Shown here: positions 19,807 to 29,871 of the stretch, piece by piece | Layout: every line of letters begins with the position of its first letter | Numbering within the stretch: the stretch's first letter is position 1 | NCBI GenBank assembly: GCA_944325545.1 | Contig: CALVAM010000011.1 | Location: 2,023 to 66,022, forward strand | Reading direction: 5' to 3' | DNA: 64,000 nt | Source of the DNA: Candidatus Gastranaerophilales bacterium | GTDB taxonomy: Bacteria > Cyanobacteriota > Vampirovibrionia > Gastranaerophilales > Gastranaerophilaceae | Notes under the pieces: model-generated | What the model saw: only the letters and a program-made list of their open reading frames with translations | Database searches by the model: none | What the model was told of the DNA's origin: nothing | Position numbers and translations under genes: made by a program

Positions 19807-22458
19807 ATGCTAAAAGGAAATGAAATCAGACAATTATATTTAGATTATTTTAAAAATAAGCATCAACATACTGTTGTAGAAAGTTCAAGTTTGGTGCCTG
19901 ATAATCCGACAGTATTATTAACAACTGCCGGAATGCTGCAGTTTTTACCAATCTTTTTAGGGATTCAGAAGTGCCCTTACGATCCTGCAAGAGCAACATC
20001 TTGTCAAAAATGTGCAAGAGCAGGCGGCAAGGATTCTGATATTGAAAATGTTGGAAGAACTCCAAGACATCATACCTTCTTTGAAATGTTAGGAAATTTT
20101 TCTTTTGGAGATTATTATAAAAAAGAAATTATTCCTTGGGCTTGGGAATTTGTAACTGAAGTTTTGAAATTAGATAAAGACAGACTTTGGATAACTATTT
20201 TTGAAACTGATGATGAAGCTTTTGATATTTGGAGAAGTGTTGGCGTTCCAGCTGAAAGAATAAAAAGAAAAGGTAAAAAAGATAATTTTTGGGGACCTCC
20301 CGGAGCTTCAGGTTCTTGTGGACCTTGCTCTGAAATTCATTATGATTTAGGCGAACAGTATAAGTGTTCTGATGACTGCGGTATTGATACTTGCGAATGT
20401 GATAGATGGGTTGAAATTTGGAACTTGGTATTCACAGAATTATACCAAGATGAAGAAGGCAATCAATCACCACTGGAAAAGAAAAACGTTGATACTGGCA
20501 TGGGCTTAGAACGTATCACAATGGTTTGTCAAGGTGTTGCTTCTACTTTTGAAACTGATTTATTGAAACCTATTTTGGATAAAGTTTCTGAAATGAGTGG
20601 AGTTCCTTACAAAAAATCTGAAAAAACGGATATTTCTTTAAGAATAATAACTGACCATGCAAGATGCGTTTCTTTCTTAATCTCTGATGGAGTAATTCCT
20701 GGAAATGAAGGAAGAAGTTATGTTTTAAGAATGATTTTAAGACGTGCATTAAGACACGGTAAAATTTTAGGTATGGATTTACCTTTTTTATACAAACTTG
20801 TTGATACAGTTGTTGAACATTATGGCGAAGCTTATCCTGATTTAGTTAAAAATAAAGCTAAAATCGTTGATGTTATTAAGAAAGAAGAAGAACGTTTTGC
20901 TAAGACTCTTGATAGAGGTTACAAAATGTTGGATGAATTTATATCTGAAAAGAAAGATATCGATGGCGAAAGTGCATTTAAACTTTATGATACCTATGGT
21001 TTCCCATTTGAATTAACAAAAGAAATTGCAGAAGAAAATTCTTTAAAAGTTGATGAAGAAGGATTTAAAGCAGCAATGCAAGAACAAAAAGAACGTGCAA
21101 AAGCTGCGACTGCAAAAATTTCTGTAACAGGCGATATTAAGTATGCAAAAGTAGAAGAAGAAGTTGGTTCAACTGAATTTGTAGGATATGAAGAAAATGT
21201 CTGTGAAGCTAAAGTTTTAGCATTAATCGAAGGAGAAGGTTTTGTAGACGTTGTATTAGATAAAACACCTTTCTACGCTGAATGCGGTGGACAAGTCGGC
21301 GATAGCGGTTTTATTTTTAATGAAAACTTAAAGGTAGAAGTTTTAACTACATTTAAAGTAAATCATTTATTTGTTCACAGATGCCAGGTTGTAAATGGTG
21401 AAATTAATGTCGGTGATATTGTGATTGCTCATATTGATACAAATAAACGCAAAGAAATAAGAGTTCACCATACATCAGCTCACTTACTTCAAGCAGCTTT
21501 GATTAAAGTTTTGGGAGATGAAGTAAAACAAGCAGGATCTCAAGTAGAAGAAAATCGTATGAGATTTGATTTTACATTCTCTCGTGCAATGACTCCTGAA
21601 GAAATTGTTAAAACCGAAGCTTTAATGAATGAATGGATAGATGATAAATTACCTGTTCAAACAGAAGTTATGGGAATAGAAGAGGCAAAACTTACCGGTG
21701 CTACTGCTTTATTTGGAGAAAAATACGAAGATGAAGTTCGTGTAGTATCAATTGGCGGAAAGAAAAAATGTCATTGCCATGGCGGAAAATGTAAAGGACA
21801 TCATAACCATCCTGAACATGAAGTTGTTTCAATGGAATTTTGTGCAGGAACTCATGCTAAAAATACAGGTGATTTAAGATTGGTTAAAATTATTTCAGAA
21901 GGTGCAATTGCAGCAGGAACAAGAAGAATTGAGCTTGTTGTTTCAAATGCGGCTATTGATTATTTAAATAAAAAATCTGCTGAAATTGATAAATTAGCTT
22001 CAAGATTTAAGCTACATTTTGATGAAGTAAATTCAAGAGTAGAAAAATTACTTGAAGAAAATCGTGAACTTCAAAAAGAATTGGAACAAACAAAAGCAGA
22101 TATGGCAAAATCTAAATTTGCAACATTTATTTCTAAAGCAGAAGAAATAGAAGGCGGTAAATTATTTGTATCAAAAATAGAAAATTTTGATGCCGATGCT
22201 GTTAAAGCAGGAATTGAAGCTCTTGCTAATAAATTAGGTGAATGTATTATAATCCTTGCAAATGAAAAGATGGTAATTTCAAAAGTTACTGAAGGCTTTG
22301 TCAAAAAAGGAATTAATGCAGGAAAATTAGTCGGTGAAATTGCAAGATATACAGGTGCTAATGGAGGCGGAAGACCTAATTTAGCTCAAGGCGGGGTTAA
22401 AGATTATACCAAGCTTGATGAAATTCTTGCTAAAATAGAGGCTGATTTAAAAGCTTAA
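19807..22458 (+). CDS. alaS: Alanine--tRNA ligase
   Basis: TTAGMLQF, HHTFFEMLGNFSFGDY, DTGMGLER, DHAR, LYDTYGFP, HTSAHLL, FCAGTH, GGGRPNLAQGG. Confidence 0.98.
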   Translation: MLKGNEIRQLYLDYFKNKHQHTVVESSSLVPDNPTVLLTTAGMLQFLPIFLGIQKCPYDPARATSCQKCARAGGKDSDIENVGRTPRHHTFFEMLGNFSFGDYYKKEIIPWAWEFVTEVLKLDKDRLWITIFETDDEAFDIWRSVGVPAERIKRKGKKDNFWGPPGASGSCGPCSEIHYDLGEQYKCSDDCGIDTCECDRWVEIWNLVFTELYQDEEGNQSPLEKKNVDTGMGLERITMVCQGVASTFETDLLKPILDKVSEMSGVPYKKSEKTDISLRIITDHARCVSFLISDGVIPGNEGRSYVLRMILRRALRHGKILGMDLPFLYKLVDTVVEHYGEAYPDLVKNKAKIVDVIKKEEERFAKTLDRGYKMLDEFISEKKDIDGESAFKLYDTYGFPFELTKEIAEENSLKVDEEGFKAAMQEQKERAKAATAKISVTGDIKYAKVEEEVGSTEFVGYEENVCEAKVLALIEGEGFVDVVLDKTPFYAECGGQVGDSGFIFNENLKVEVLTTFKVNHLFVHRCQVVNGEINVGDIVIAHIDTNKRKEIRVHHTSAHLLQAALIKVLGDEVKQAGSQVEENRMRFDFTFSRAMTPEEIVKTEALMNEWIDDKLPVQTEVMGIEEAKLTGATALFGEKYEDEVRVVSIGGKKKCHCHGGKCKGHHNHPEHEVVSMEFCAGTHAKNTGDLRLVKIISEGAIAAGTRRIELVVSNAAIDYLNKKSAEIDKLASRFKLHFDEVNSRVEKLLEENRELQKELEQTKADMAKSKFATFISKAEEIEGGKLFVSKIENFDADAVKAGIEALANKLGECIIILANEKMVISKVTEGFVKKGINAGKLVGEIARYTGANGGGRPNLAQGGVKDYTKLDEILAKIEADLKA

Positions 22459-22479
22459 GTTTAATTTTAATTTATTAGC

Positions 22480-22513
22480 GGCGAAGTTATTTTTAAATAA
22501 CTTCGCCTCTTTT
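22480..22513 (+). terminator. Intrinsic terminator after alaS
   Basis: Stem GGCGAAGTTATT/AATAACTTCGCC followed by TCTTTTT. Confidence 0.8.
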
Positions 22514-22587
22514 ATAATCTTGAAAATTTCAAAAAGTAATTTATAATTATATATATATTATATATGTAAATTTGAAAGGATTTAATT

Positions 22588-23070
22588 ATGGTAGATGGAT
22601 TATCATTGAATTTACAAATGTTACAAAATATTTCAGAAATGACAGGTGCAAAAAACAATAATACTGTTCAAAATAGTGAACCACAAGTATATGCAAAAGA
22701 TGGTGAGCCAAATTATAATGAAGACATGGATTATGATAAAGATGGCGTAGTCACAATGGAAGAGTATCAGAAATATTGTAAAGAAAATAATATAGAAATG
22801 GAAGAAACAGTTCAGACTGTACAAAATATGGCGGGGTCTGCTATACAAAAACAAGTTGCGGAACAAAAACCACAAGTTGATTATAATGAATACATGAAAT
22901 ATTGTGAGGATAATGTGGTTGAAAATACTAAACCTGAAGTAAGTACTGTTGTTTCTCATAATACTAATAAAGAATCCGGATTGGAAATCCGTAATTTAGG
23001 AAAAGCTTTTAGTAATTATTCAAATAACCAAATTAGACTTCCTGAAGCTCAAATTGAAAAAAATGCATAA
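22588..23070 (+). CDS. Hypothetical protein with one EF-hand-like loop
   Basis: DYDKDGVVTMEEY fits the DxDxDGxxxxxE pattern; AAAGGA RBS. Confidence 0.7.
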   Translation: MVDGLSLNLQMLQNISEMTGAKNNNTVQNSEPQVYAKDGEPNYNEDMDYDKDGVVTMEEYQKYCKENNIEMEETVQTVQNMAGSAIQKQVAEQKPQVDYNEYMKYCEDNVVENTKPEVSTVVSHNTNKESGLEIRNLGKAFSNYSNNQIRLPEAQIEKNA

Positions 23071-23179
23071 TCAGGGTATAAAAACTCTCCATTAACAACT
23101 TTACATTTTTTAATATAAAAGCAATTTTTTAATAAAAAACTACTTTATATTAGTAGTGTAGAAAAGTTGGAGTGTGTTT

Positions 23180-23863
23180 ATGACAAATCCTTATGCAATG
23201 GGTGGAGTTTATCCAAATCAAGGAGTATATCCTCAAGATTATTCGCAAATATATCGACAAAAATCAAATGGTTTACCTGTTTTAGGAATAGCAACTGTTG
23301 GCGGCTTAGGTGCAGGAGTTGTCGGATATATGAAAAATAGGCTTCCTGTTTCAAAAGACGGTGTTGTATCTGATAGTTTTGCAAGAGAGGCGTTTGATAA
23401 ACATATTGATAAAAATCTATCCAAAGATGGTAAAGAATTTTTTAAACAAGTGAAAAATATTATGGATAAAATTGATAGTATTAAAACACCTGAGCAATTA
23501 AAGAAATTGTTAAAGGAAAATAAAGCTATAAGTGAATCTAAAATAAACGGATTTTCTTTAGACACTTTATTAGAAACAGTAAATGCTGATAATATAAAAA
23601 ATAAAAAAGAAACATTGAAAAAAAGTATACAAGCAATTAATGATTACAATATTGACAACATGAAAGAGGCAATAAAAGCTTGTTGGGATAGCGATAGCAA
23701 AAAATTTGTAAAACCTGACAGTATGAAAGAAAATTTGTTTAATATAATCAAGAAAACAAATAAAACAGATGCTTGGAAAAAAGCTTTCAAATATGGTGGA
23801 ATAACTGCAGCTATAACTGGTGGTTTAGCTATACTATATAATATTTTTACAAATAAAAAATAA
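23180..23863 (+). CDS. Hypothetical protein with N- and C-terminal Gly-rich hydrophobic segments
   Basis: GIATVGGLGAGVVG and YGGITAAITGGLAILY; ATG at 23180 behind GGAG. Confidence 0.75.
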   Translation: MTNPYAMGGVYPNQGVYPQDYSQIYRQKSNGLPVLGIATVGGLGAGVVGYMKNRLPVSKDGVVSDSFAREAFDKHIDKNLSKDGKEFFKQVKNIMDKIDSIKTPEQLKKLLKENKAISESKINGFSLDTLLETVNADNIKNKKETLKKSIQAINDYNIDNMKEAIKACWDSDSKKFVKPDSMKENLFNIIKKTNKTDAWKKAFKYGGITAAITGGLAILYNIFTNKK

Positions 23864-23883
23864 TTTATAGTATAATTTAGTTT

Positions 23884-24648
23884 ATGAAATATCCAAACTT
23901 AGAAAAACTAATCGATATAATTGCAGTTTTAAGAAGTGAAAATGGTTGTAAATGGGATAGAGAACAAACTCATAAATCATTACGCCCAAATATGTTGGAA
24001 GAAGCTTATGAAGCTGTTGATGCAATAGATGACGGTGATATTGCAAATTTACGAGAAGAATTGGGCGATGTTCTTTTGCAAGTAGTTTTGCACGCTCAAA
24101 TTGCAAAAGATAATAAAGAATTTGATATAGAGGATGTCGCAAAAGAATTGAGTGAAAAATTAATTCACAGACATCCGCACGTATTTGGAGATGCTAAGGT
24201 TAATTCCACTCAAGATATTTTAAATGCTTGGGACAGATTAAAAAAAGAAGAAAAAAAAGATAGAAAATCAATTTTAGATGGGATTTCTAAATCACAATCG
24301 GCTTTGATGGCTGCTCAAAAAATTAGTAAAAAAGTTATTAAAGTTGGTTTTGAATGGGATTGTGTTGAGAGTTTAAAAGACTGTATTAAATCTGAATATA
24401 AAGAATTTGAAGAAGCTGTTGAAGAAGGAAATATTGATAGAATGGAAGATGAAATGGGTGATATTTTCTTTGCAACAGTAAACCTTGCTCGTTGGTATAA
24501 AATTGATTCTGAGCAGGCACTTTTGAGAGCTAATAAAAAATTTATGAAACGTTTTCGCAAAATGGAAGAAATTAAAGAAAAGCCTTTTGAAGAATATACA
24601 TATGAGGAATTTAATAATTTGTGGCAAAAGGCTAAATTATTAGTGTAA
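23884..24648 (+). CDS. mazG: Nucleoside triphosphate pyrophosphohydrolase (tandem-domain MazG)
   Basis: GCKWDREQTH, EEAYEAVDAI, EELGDVLLQVV, KLIHRHPHVFG, EDEMGDIFF. Confidence 0.95.
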   Translation: MKYPNLEKLIDIIAVLRSENGCKWDREQTHKSLRPNMLEEAYEAVDAIDDGDIANLREELGDVLLQVVLHAQIAKDNKEFDIEDVAKELSEKLIHRHPHVFGDAKVNSTQDILNAWDRLKKEEKKDRKSILDGISKSQSALMAAQKISKKVIKVGFEWDCVESLKDCIKSEYKEFEEAVEEGNIDRMEDEMGDIFFATVNLARWYKIDSEQALLRANKKFMKRFRKMEEIKEKPFEEYTYEEFNNLWQKAKLLV

Positions 24649-24662
24649 ATAAGGAGTAAGAG

Positions 24663-25007
24663 ATGAAAAAATTTTTAGGAATACTATTTTTAATAGCATC
24701 ATTTGTCGCACCAACTTTGGCAGAAGAATTTAGTACAGTTTGTGCAAGTCATATTTTAGTTCCGACAGAAATGGAAGCTATTAAACTAAAAAGTCAAATA
24801 AAAAGTTTTGATGATTTTAAATATTATGCAAGATTGTATTCAGAATGCCCATCAGGAAAAAATGGCGGAGATTTAGGCTGTTTTAGCAGAGGTCAAATGG
24901 TTAAGCCTTTTGAAGAAGCAGCATTTAATGGTAATATTGGAGAAGTTTCAGATCCGATAAAAACGCAATTTGGATATCATCTGATTTGGGTTACCGAGAA
25001 AAAATAG
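24663..25007 (+). CDS. Exported parvulin-type peptidyl-prolyl isomerase
   Basis: Signal peptide, ASHILV, SECPSGKNGGDLG.F.RGQMVKPFEEAAF, TQFGYHLI. Confidence 0.93.
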   Translation: MKKFLGILFLIASFVAPTLAEEFSTVCASHILVPTEMEAIKLKSQIKSFDDFKYYARLYSECPSGKNGGDLGCFSRGQMVKPFEEAAFNGNIGEVSDPIKTQFGYHLIWVTEKK

Positions 25008-25020
25008 GGAGTAATATTTA

Positions 25021-25302
25021 ATGAAAAAGATTTTAGCATTATTAATAGTTACAATACTATTTACATCAATAGTAAACGCAGCTCCGACAGAAGGTCGTCC
25101 AGGGAAAATTTCAGGTCGTTCAGTAGGAGCGGCTGCAGTTTCACTATTAATATGGCCGGGATTAGGACAACTTATCAATGATAATCCTTTAGATAAAAAT
25201 GTTACTCACGCTGTTTTAGGATTAACAGGAATATTTAGATTTTGGTCTTGTTATGACGCTTTTGTGGATAGAAAAGGCGGAGTTTGGCATAACAGAATTT
25301 AG
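25021..25302 (+). CDS. Small exported/membrane hypothetical protein
   Basis: Signal peptide, SLLIWPGLGQ TM2-like motif, FWSCYDAF. Confidence 0.75.
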   Translation: MKKILALLIVTILFTSIVNAAPTEGRPGKISGRSVGAAAVSLLIWPGLGQLINDNPLDKNVTHAVLGLTGIFRFWSCYDAFVDRKGGVWHNRI

Positions 25303-25310
25303 TAGGAACT

Positions 25311-26198
25311 ATGAAAAACAGAATTTTAGGAAATATAGCATTATTTTTAACTGCAATGATATGGGGACTTTCATTTGTTGCCCAAAGAGCAGGGATGGAA
25401 TTTATCGGACCATTTACATTTAATATGGTTAGAAGTTTTCTTGGTGCATTAAGTTTACTTCCTCTAATTTTTTGGGTAAAGTATTCAAAACCTGATACAA
25501 GAACTAAAAGACGAAAAAGATTTCAACATATAAATCTTGCAAGAGCCGGTATTGGTTGTGGTATTGCTTTATTTATTGCAATGTCGATTCAACAATATTG
25601 TATGCTCTATGCTACAGCAGGGAAAGCTGGGTTTATAACAGCTCTTTATATTATTTTTGTGCCTTTAATTTCGATTTTGCAAGGTGAAAAATTACAAAGA
25701 AATATTGTTATTAGCGTTATTTTAGCTACTGTTGGACTTTATTTATTATGTTATAAAACTGAAAGCGGTTTTAGTATTTATGACTTATTTTTACTAGTAG
25801 GTGCTTTTTTCTATGGGTTGCATATTCTTGTTGTAAATTATTATTCAGAAAGAGTAAATCCAATAAAAGCTTGTGCATTACAATTTTTTGTAGTTGGAGT
25901 ATTATCAACATTTTTAACGTTTATTTTTGAAACTCCTTCTATAAGTAGTATTATAGCTTGCAGAATTCCGATATTTTATGCAGGTGTATTAACTTGTGGT
26001 GTTGCATATACTTTACAAATATATGGACAAAAATATACAAAACCAATTATTGCAACTTTAATTTTATGTTTAGAATCTGTTTTTGCTGTAATAGGCGGAG
26101 TTTTAATTCTAGGCGAATCAATGATTCCGAAAGAAATTTTTGGTTGCATTTTTATGATTACGGCAGTAATTTTAGCTAATTTAAATAATAAAAATTAA
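25311..26198 (+). CDS. DMT/EamA family transporter
   Basis: AMIWGLSFVAQ, KAGFITALYIIFVP, LILCLESVFA; about 10 TM segments. Confidence 0.92.
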   Translation: MKNRILGNIALFLTAMIWGLSFVAQRAGMEFIGPFTFNMVRSFLGALSLLPLIFWVKYSKPDTRTKRRKRFQHINLARAGIGCGIALFIAMSIQQYCMLYATAGKAGFITALYIIFVPLISILQGEKLQRNIVISVILATVGLYLLCYKTESGFSIYDLFLLVGAFFYGLHILVVNYYSERVNPIKACALQFFVVGVLSTFLTFIFETPSISSIIACRIPIFYAGVLTCGVAYTLQIYGQKYTKPIIATLILCLESVFAVIGGVLILGESMIPKEIFGCIFMITAVILANLNNKN

Positions 26199-26271
26199 AA
26201 AATTCTATTATCTTAACAAAATTAAAGTCATGTGCTATTATATACAGGAATATAAAGAAGGAGAGAGTAAA

Positions 26272-27015
26272 ATGAATAAAACAGGCTTTACATTAGCGGA
26301 AGTTCTTGTAACTTTAGGAGTTATTGGAGTAGTTGCAGCATTAACTATTCCGGCATTAGAGCAAAATGTTGCATCATCAAAAGTCGGTCCTTCTTTAGCA
26401 AAAGCTGTTTCAAATTTTGAAAAAGCAAATCAAATGTTATTAACACAAAATGATGCAGCTTCTATTACAAATTTAATGGGTTCTGATTTTACTAAATCAG
26501 GAGAAGGCGGATATGGTGATAAATTATCTGAATATATTAAAATATCAATAGAAGAGCATCCTGAAAAAGTTCCTACATATAAGCAATATTTGAGTAATGA
26601 TGCTTATACAGCAGCTATTAATTCAGAAGAAATAAGTTCAGATTGGTCAGCAAATGCTTTCAAATCAGATGACGATATGATTTACTATATTTTCCCTGAA
26701 AGTAAAACGCTTCCAAATGGCTACAATAATATACCTTCAAACCAAAAAATTGGACAAGTATATGTTGATATAAATGGTTATAAAAAACCAAACAGACAAG
26801 CAAAAGATATTTTTAGATTTTACTTATATAACGATGGAACTTTAAGACCATATGGTGGAAAAGCTTTTGATAGAACTCAAGCAGAAGATAATTATCTTAA
26901 AAATGCTGAACTCAATTGGGCCGCAGGTGGTTGTAATGAAGAAAACGGAGCTGCTAAACCCGATACTTGTGCCGGTTCTGTATTTGATAATAATTTACGT
27001 GTTATTTATGAATAA
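26272..27015 (+). CDS. Type IV pilin-like / type II secretion pseudopilin
   Basis: Class III signal KTG^FTLAEVLVTLGVIGVVAALTIP with E+5; VYVDINGYKKPN motif; C-terminal Cys pair; ATG at 26272 behind GGAGAG. Confidence 0.9.
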   Translation: MNKTGFTLAEVLVTLGVIGVVAALTIPALEQNVASSKVGPSLAKAVSNFEKANQMLLTQNDAASITNLMGSDFTKSGEGGYGDKLSEYIKISIEEHPEKVPTYKQYLSNDAYTAAINSEEISSDWSANAFKSDDDMIYYIFPESKTLPNGYNNIPSNQKIGQVYVDINGYKKPNRQAKDIFRFYLYNDGTLRPYGGKAFDRTQAEDNYLKNAELNWAAGGCNEENGAAKPDTCAGSVFDNNLRVIYE

Positions 27016-27020
27016 GAAAA

Positions 27021-27039
27021 AAGGACATCAGATGTCCTT
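27021..27039 (-). terminator. Hairpin with a minus-strand U-tract (possible terminator of the flagellar operon)
   Basis: AAGGACATC-A-GATGTCCTT perfect inverted repeat; followed by TTTTC on the minus strand. Confidence 0.5.
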
Positions 27040-27083
27040 AAAAATGGTAAGTATATTAAAATTGTAGAATTTTTTATTTAACA

Positions 27084-27118
27084 CTGACACTCTTCATCCG
27101 TGAGGAGTGCCAGTTTTT
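27084..27118 (+). terminator. Intrinsic terminator with a plus-strand U-tract (pilin gene)
   Basis: CTGACACTCTTCA-TCCG-TGAGGAGTGCCAG imperfect 13-bp stem followed by TTTTT. Confidence 0.65.
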
Positions 27119-27121
27119 ATT

Positions 27122-28210
27122 TTATAGATAATTAAGTAAACTCATTCCCATAGAAGCAGATGATACTTGTAAACTGGCTTGGTAAGCATATTGAGCTTGA
27201 AACCAATCCGTAATTGCAGTAGTTAAATCAACATCTCGGATTTCAGATAAATATGAAGTTAAATTCATATTATTAGTATCTAAAGTAGATGTAGTCATTT
27301 CCAAACGATTATAAACTCCACCAAATTTAGTTTGTTCTTCAGTAATTGTCTTGAGAGAAGTATCAAACATGTCTAAAGTAGCGTTCATTTGTTCATAACC
27401 GGCTTCTGTATCACCATCAAGAACCATTTGGATAGAATTACTTAGCATTTTTAAAGCACCCATAACCCCAGAAGATTCTTCAGGAGCTCCATCAGTTAAA
27501 TCTCCAACATCACCTGTATATGCCATGCCATTTTCATAAGTATAAACAGGTTGACCTAATTCATCAGTAGTTTCAATTACCCTTTTCCCGTTTGCATCTG
27601 TATAGACTCCATTACCGGGCTCAACCGCAGCTTTATAGTATCCAAAAACTCTATCACCTGTCGTATTTATTACTTCAAAAACCCCGTCTGATACTTCGGT
27701 TTGTCTTATATAATCCTTGTTGTCATAAGGAGTACCGTTATAAACTACATCTCCATTTTCGGTTATTGTGTAAGGAACAGTTTTTGTATTAGCTCCTCCA
27801 AAAATAAAATTATCGTCATATTCAGTATTAGCTAAATCAACCATCGTCTTTAGAGTTTCATCTATTTCTACTTTTAAAGCTTGAAGAGAATCATTGCCAT
27901 AAGTTTGGTTATTAGCTTGCACCGCTTTATCCCACGCAGTTTGTAAATATCCTGTAGCAAGTGTCATTAAATCGTCTAATGAACTTAATTCACTTTTTGC
28001 CATTTCTACATTTGTAGAAAAAGTTTCGATTTGTCCTAATTGTCTATTGGTATTTAATATATTTACAGAAGCAATAGGATCATCTGTAATACTAAGAATT
28101 TTATGACCGGAACTTAATTGAGCATTAATTCGGTTATAATTGATAAGATTTTGTTGCATATCAGCTACTAATTGAGCATATCTTCCTGAAGTTGAAACTC
28201 TATCTACCAT
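27122..28210 (-). CDS. flgL: Flagellar hook-associated protein 3
   Basis: Flagellin-family termini: QLSSGHKI...DDPIA, FIFGG, FGGVYNRL, DVDLTTAI, MSLLNYL; follows flgK. Confidence 0.92.
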   Translation of the reverse strand: MVDRVSTSGRYAQLVADMQQNLINYNRINAQLSSGHKILSITDDPIASVNILNTNRQLGQIETFSTNVEMAKSELSSLDDLMTLATGYLQTAWDKAVQANNQTYGNDSLQALKVEIDETLKTMVDLANTEYDDNFIFGGANTKTVPYTITENGDVVYNGTPYDNKDYIRQTEVSDGVFEVINTTGDRVFGYYKAAVEPGNGVYTDANGKRVIETTDELGQPVYTYENGMAYTGDVGDLTDGAPEESSGVMGALKMLSNSIQMVLDGDTEAGYEQMNATLDMFDTSLKTITEEQTKFGGVYNRLEMTTSTLDTNNMNLTSYLSEIRDVDLTTAITDWFQAQYAYQASLQVSSASMGMSLLNYL

Positions 28211-28214
28211 CTTT

Positions 28215-29813
28215 CTAACCTCCTAATGTCATTAATACGTCAAGACAACTGTTACAAGTATTAAATACTTGTGCGGCTGCAGAATATGCTGTTTGATATT
28301 TCACTAAATCGACCAATTCTTCGTTTAAATCAACACCGCTTGTATTTTTAATTTTAGTAGCAACAGAATCAACTACACTAGTTTGTGTATCATATAATGT
28401 TTGCGTACTGCTGCCTGCAGATGCTACTTTCCCAACTAATGAAGTATAATAGCTTTCTAAAGACATTCCATTAAGAGCATCTTGCTTAGAATCCCTAGTT
28501 CCAAGCATTGCTACAACGTTTTGAGAATTTCCGACTGCATTTAAATCGACATTTGCAGGGTTTTCAAAATACGCACAAGAAATATTCCAAATCCCGTTAT
28601 CTGCCAGTAATGCATCATTTAACTTAATATTTCCTGCTGTAATTCCTGTTCCTGTACCGTCAGCTCCAACAAAAAGTAAATTGTCATCAGCACTGTCAAT
28701 TAATTTTTCTGTATCATTTGGGTCAATACAGTACGCACCTTCTCTTGTGTTTAATTCATTGAATATATCAGCTATAGTTTGTGCTAAAGTATCAAGACTT
28801 TCTCTAACAGTTCCGGCATTAGTTTCACCTTCTCCTGCTGTTGCAGAATGTAAAAGACCACCTAAGGTTCCCTCTGTTATCATTGAATTTGCATTTGAAA
28901 CTACTACTTTATTATTTTCTTCCGGATTAATTATACTTATAACCGCATTTTCTCCATCCCAATCATCAGGATAAGCTATCGGAGGATTTTGGGATTCACA
29001 ATAAGTCTTTGCAGTTTGAATATCAAGCTTGCCGACTACTTTTGAACCCTTAACTACTTCTGTAGTACCAATTGATACGTTAACTGTACCATTATGTTTT
29101 TCCTCTACAGAAATATCAACATATTGAGCAATGTCATTTAAAATCATATCGCGTTTATCAAGCAAATTATTTGCTTCTAAAGTACCTGTCTGAGTTACTT
29201 GTAAAGCTCTATTTATATCTGCTAATTCTGTTAATTTATCATTTAATGCTGTATATTGAACATATATTTTGGAATTTTCTAAAGATTCTTGATTTTCACC
29301 ATCACCAAGGGCTTTTGTTGTTAATTCATCTAACTCAATACTTTTTGAATTCATGACTGATGTTAGAGTCTTAGCAGTTTCTATAAAGTTAGTTCTGGCT
29401 GTAGAACTTGCAGGATATTCATTTAAATTGTTTAAAGCTTCATAAAAATCACTTAGAGCTGCATCTAAGCCTTCGCCTTCTAAATCATCCAGAATATCTG
29501 CTAAATCATTTAAAGTATCAAGTTGTTGATCCAATTTATTTTGTGTAGACAACTGATCTCTATAATAATTGTTTAAATAAGAATCAGTGTATCTCATAAC
29601 GTTAGCTATCATGACTCCGCCATTTGACCGAATTTGAGCAACAACATTATCTCCTATAGCTCCGCCAATATTTCTCGTAGCAAGGTTGACTTTTTGTTTT
29701 GAATAGCCTTCTGTATTCATATTAGAAACGTTATGTGATACTACACTAATGGCTTGTTCGTTTACTGAAAGTGTATTAGCAGTCATATTAAGCGATGATA
29801 ATAAGCTAACCAT
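28215..29813 (-). CDS. flgK: Flagellar hook-associated protein 1
   Basis: VSHNVSNMNTEGYSKQ, PASSTAR, NNLLDKRD, SGVDLNEELVDLVKYQTAYSAAAQV. Confidence 0.96.
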   Translation of the reverse strand: MVSLLSSLNMTANTLSVNEQAISVVSHNVSNMNTEGYSKQKVNLATRNIGGAIGDNVVAQIRSNGGVMIANVMRYTDSYLNNYYRDQLSTQNKLDQQLDTLNDLADILDDLEGEGLDAALSDFYEALNNLNEYPASSTARTNFIETAKTLTSVMNSKSIELDELTTKALGDGENQESLENSKIYVQYTALNDKLTELADINRALQVTQTGTLEANNLLDKRDMILNDIAQYVDISVEEKHNGTVNVSIGTTEVVKGSKVVGKLDIQTAKTYCESQNPPIAYPDDWDGENAVISIINPEENNKVVVSNANSMITEGTLGGLLHSATAGEGETNAGTVRESLDTLAQTIADIFNELNTREGAYCIDPNDTEKLIDSADDNLLFVGADGTGTGITAGNIKLNDALLADNGIWNISCAYFENPANVDLNAVGNSQNVVAMLGTRDSKQDALNGMSLESYYTSLVGKVASAGSSTQTLYDTQTSVVDSVATKIKNTSGVDLNEELVDLVKYQTAYSAAAQVFNTCNSCLDVLMTLGG

Positions 29814-29871
29814 TTTTACCTCATTTCTGATTTAAGCTTGTTCTTTAGAGCCTATAGGCTTACATTTACCT

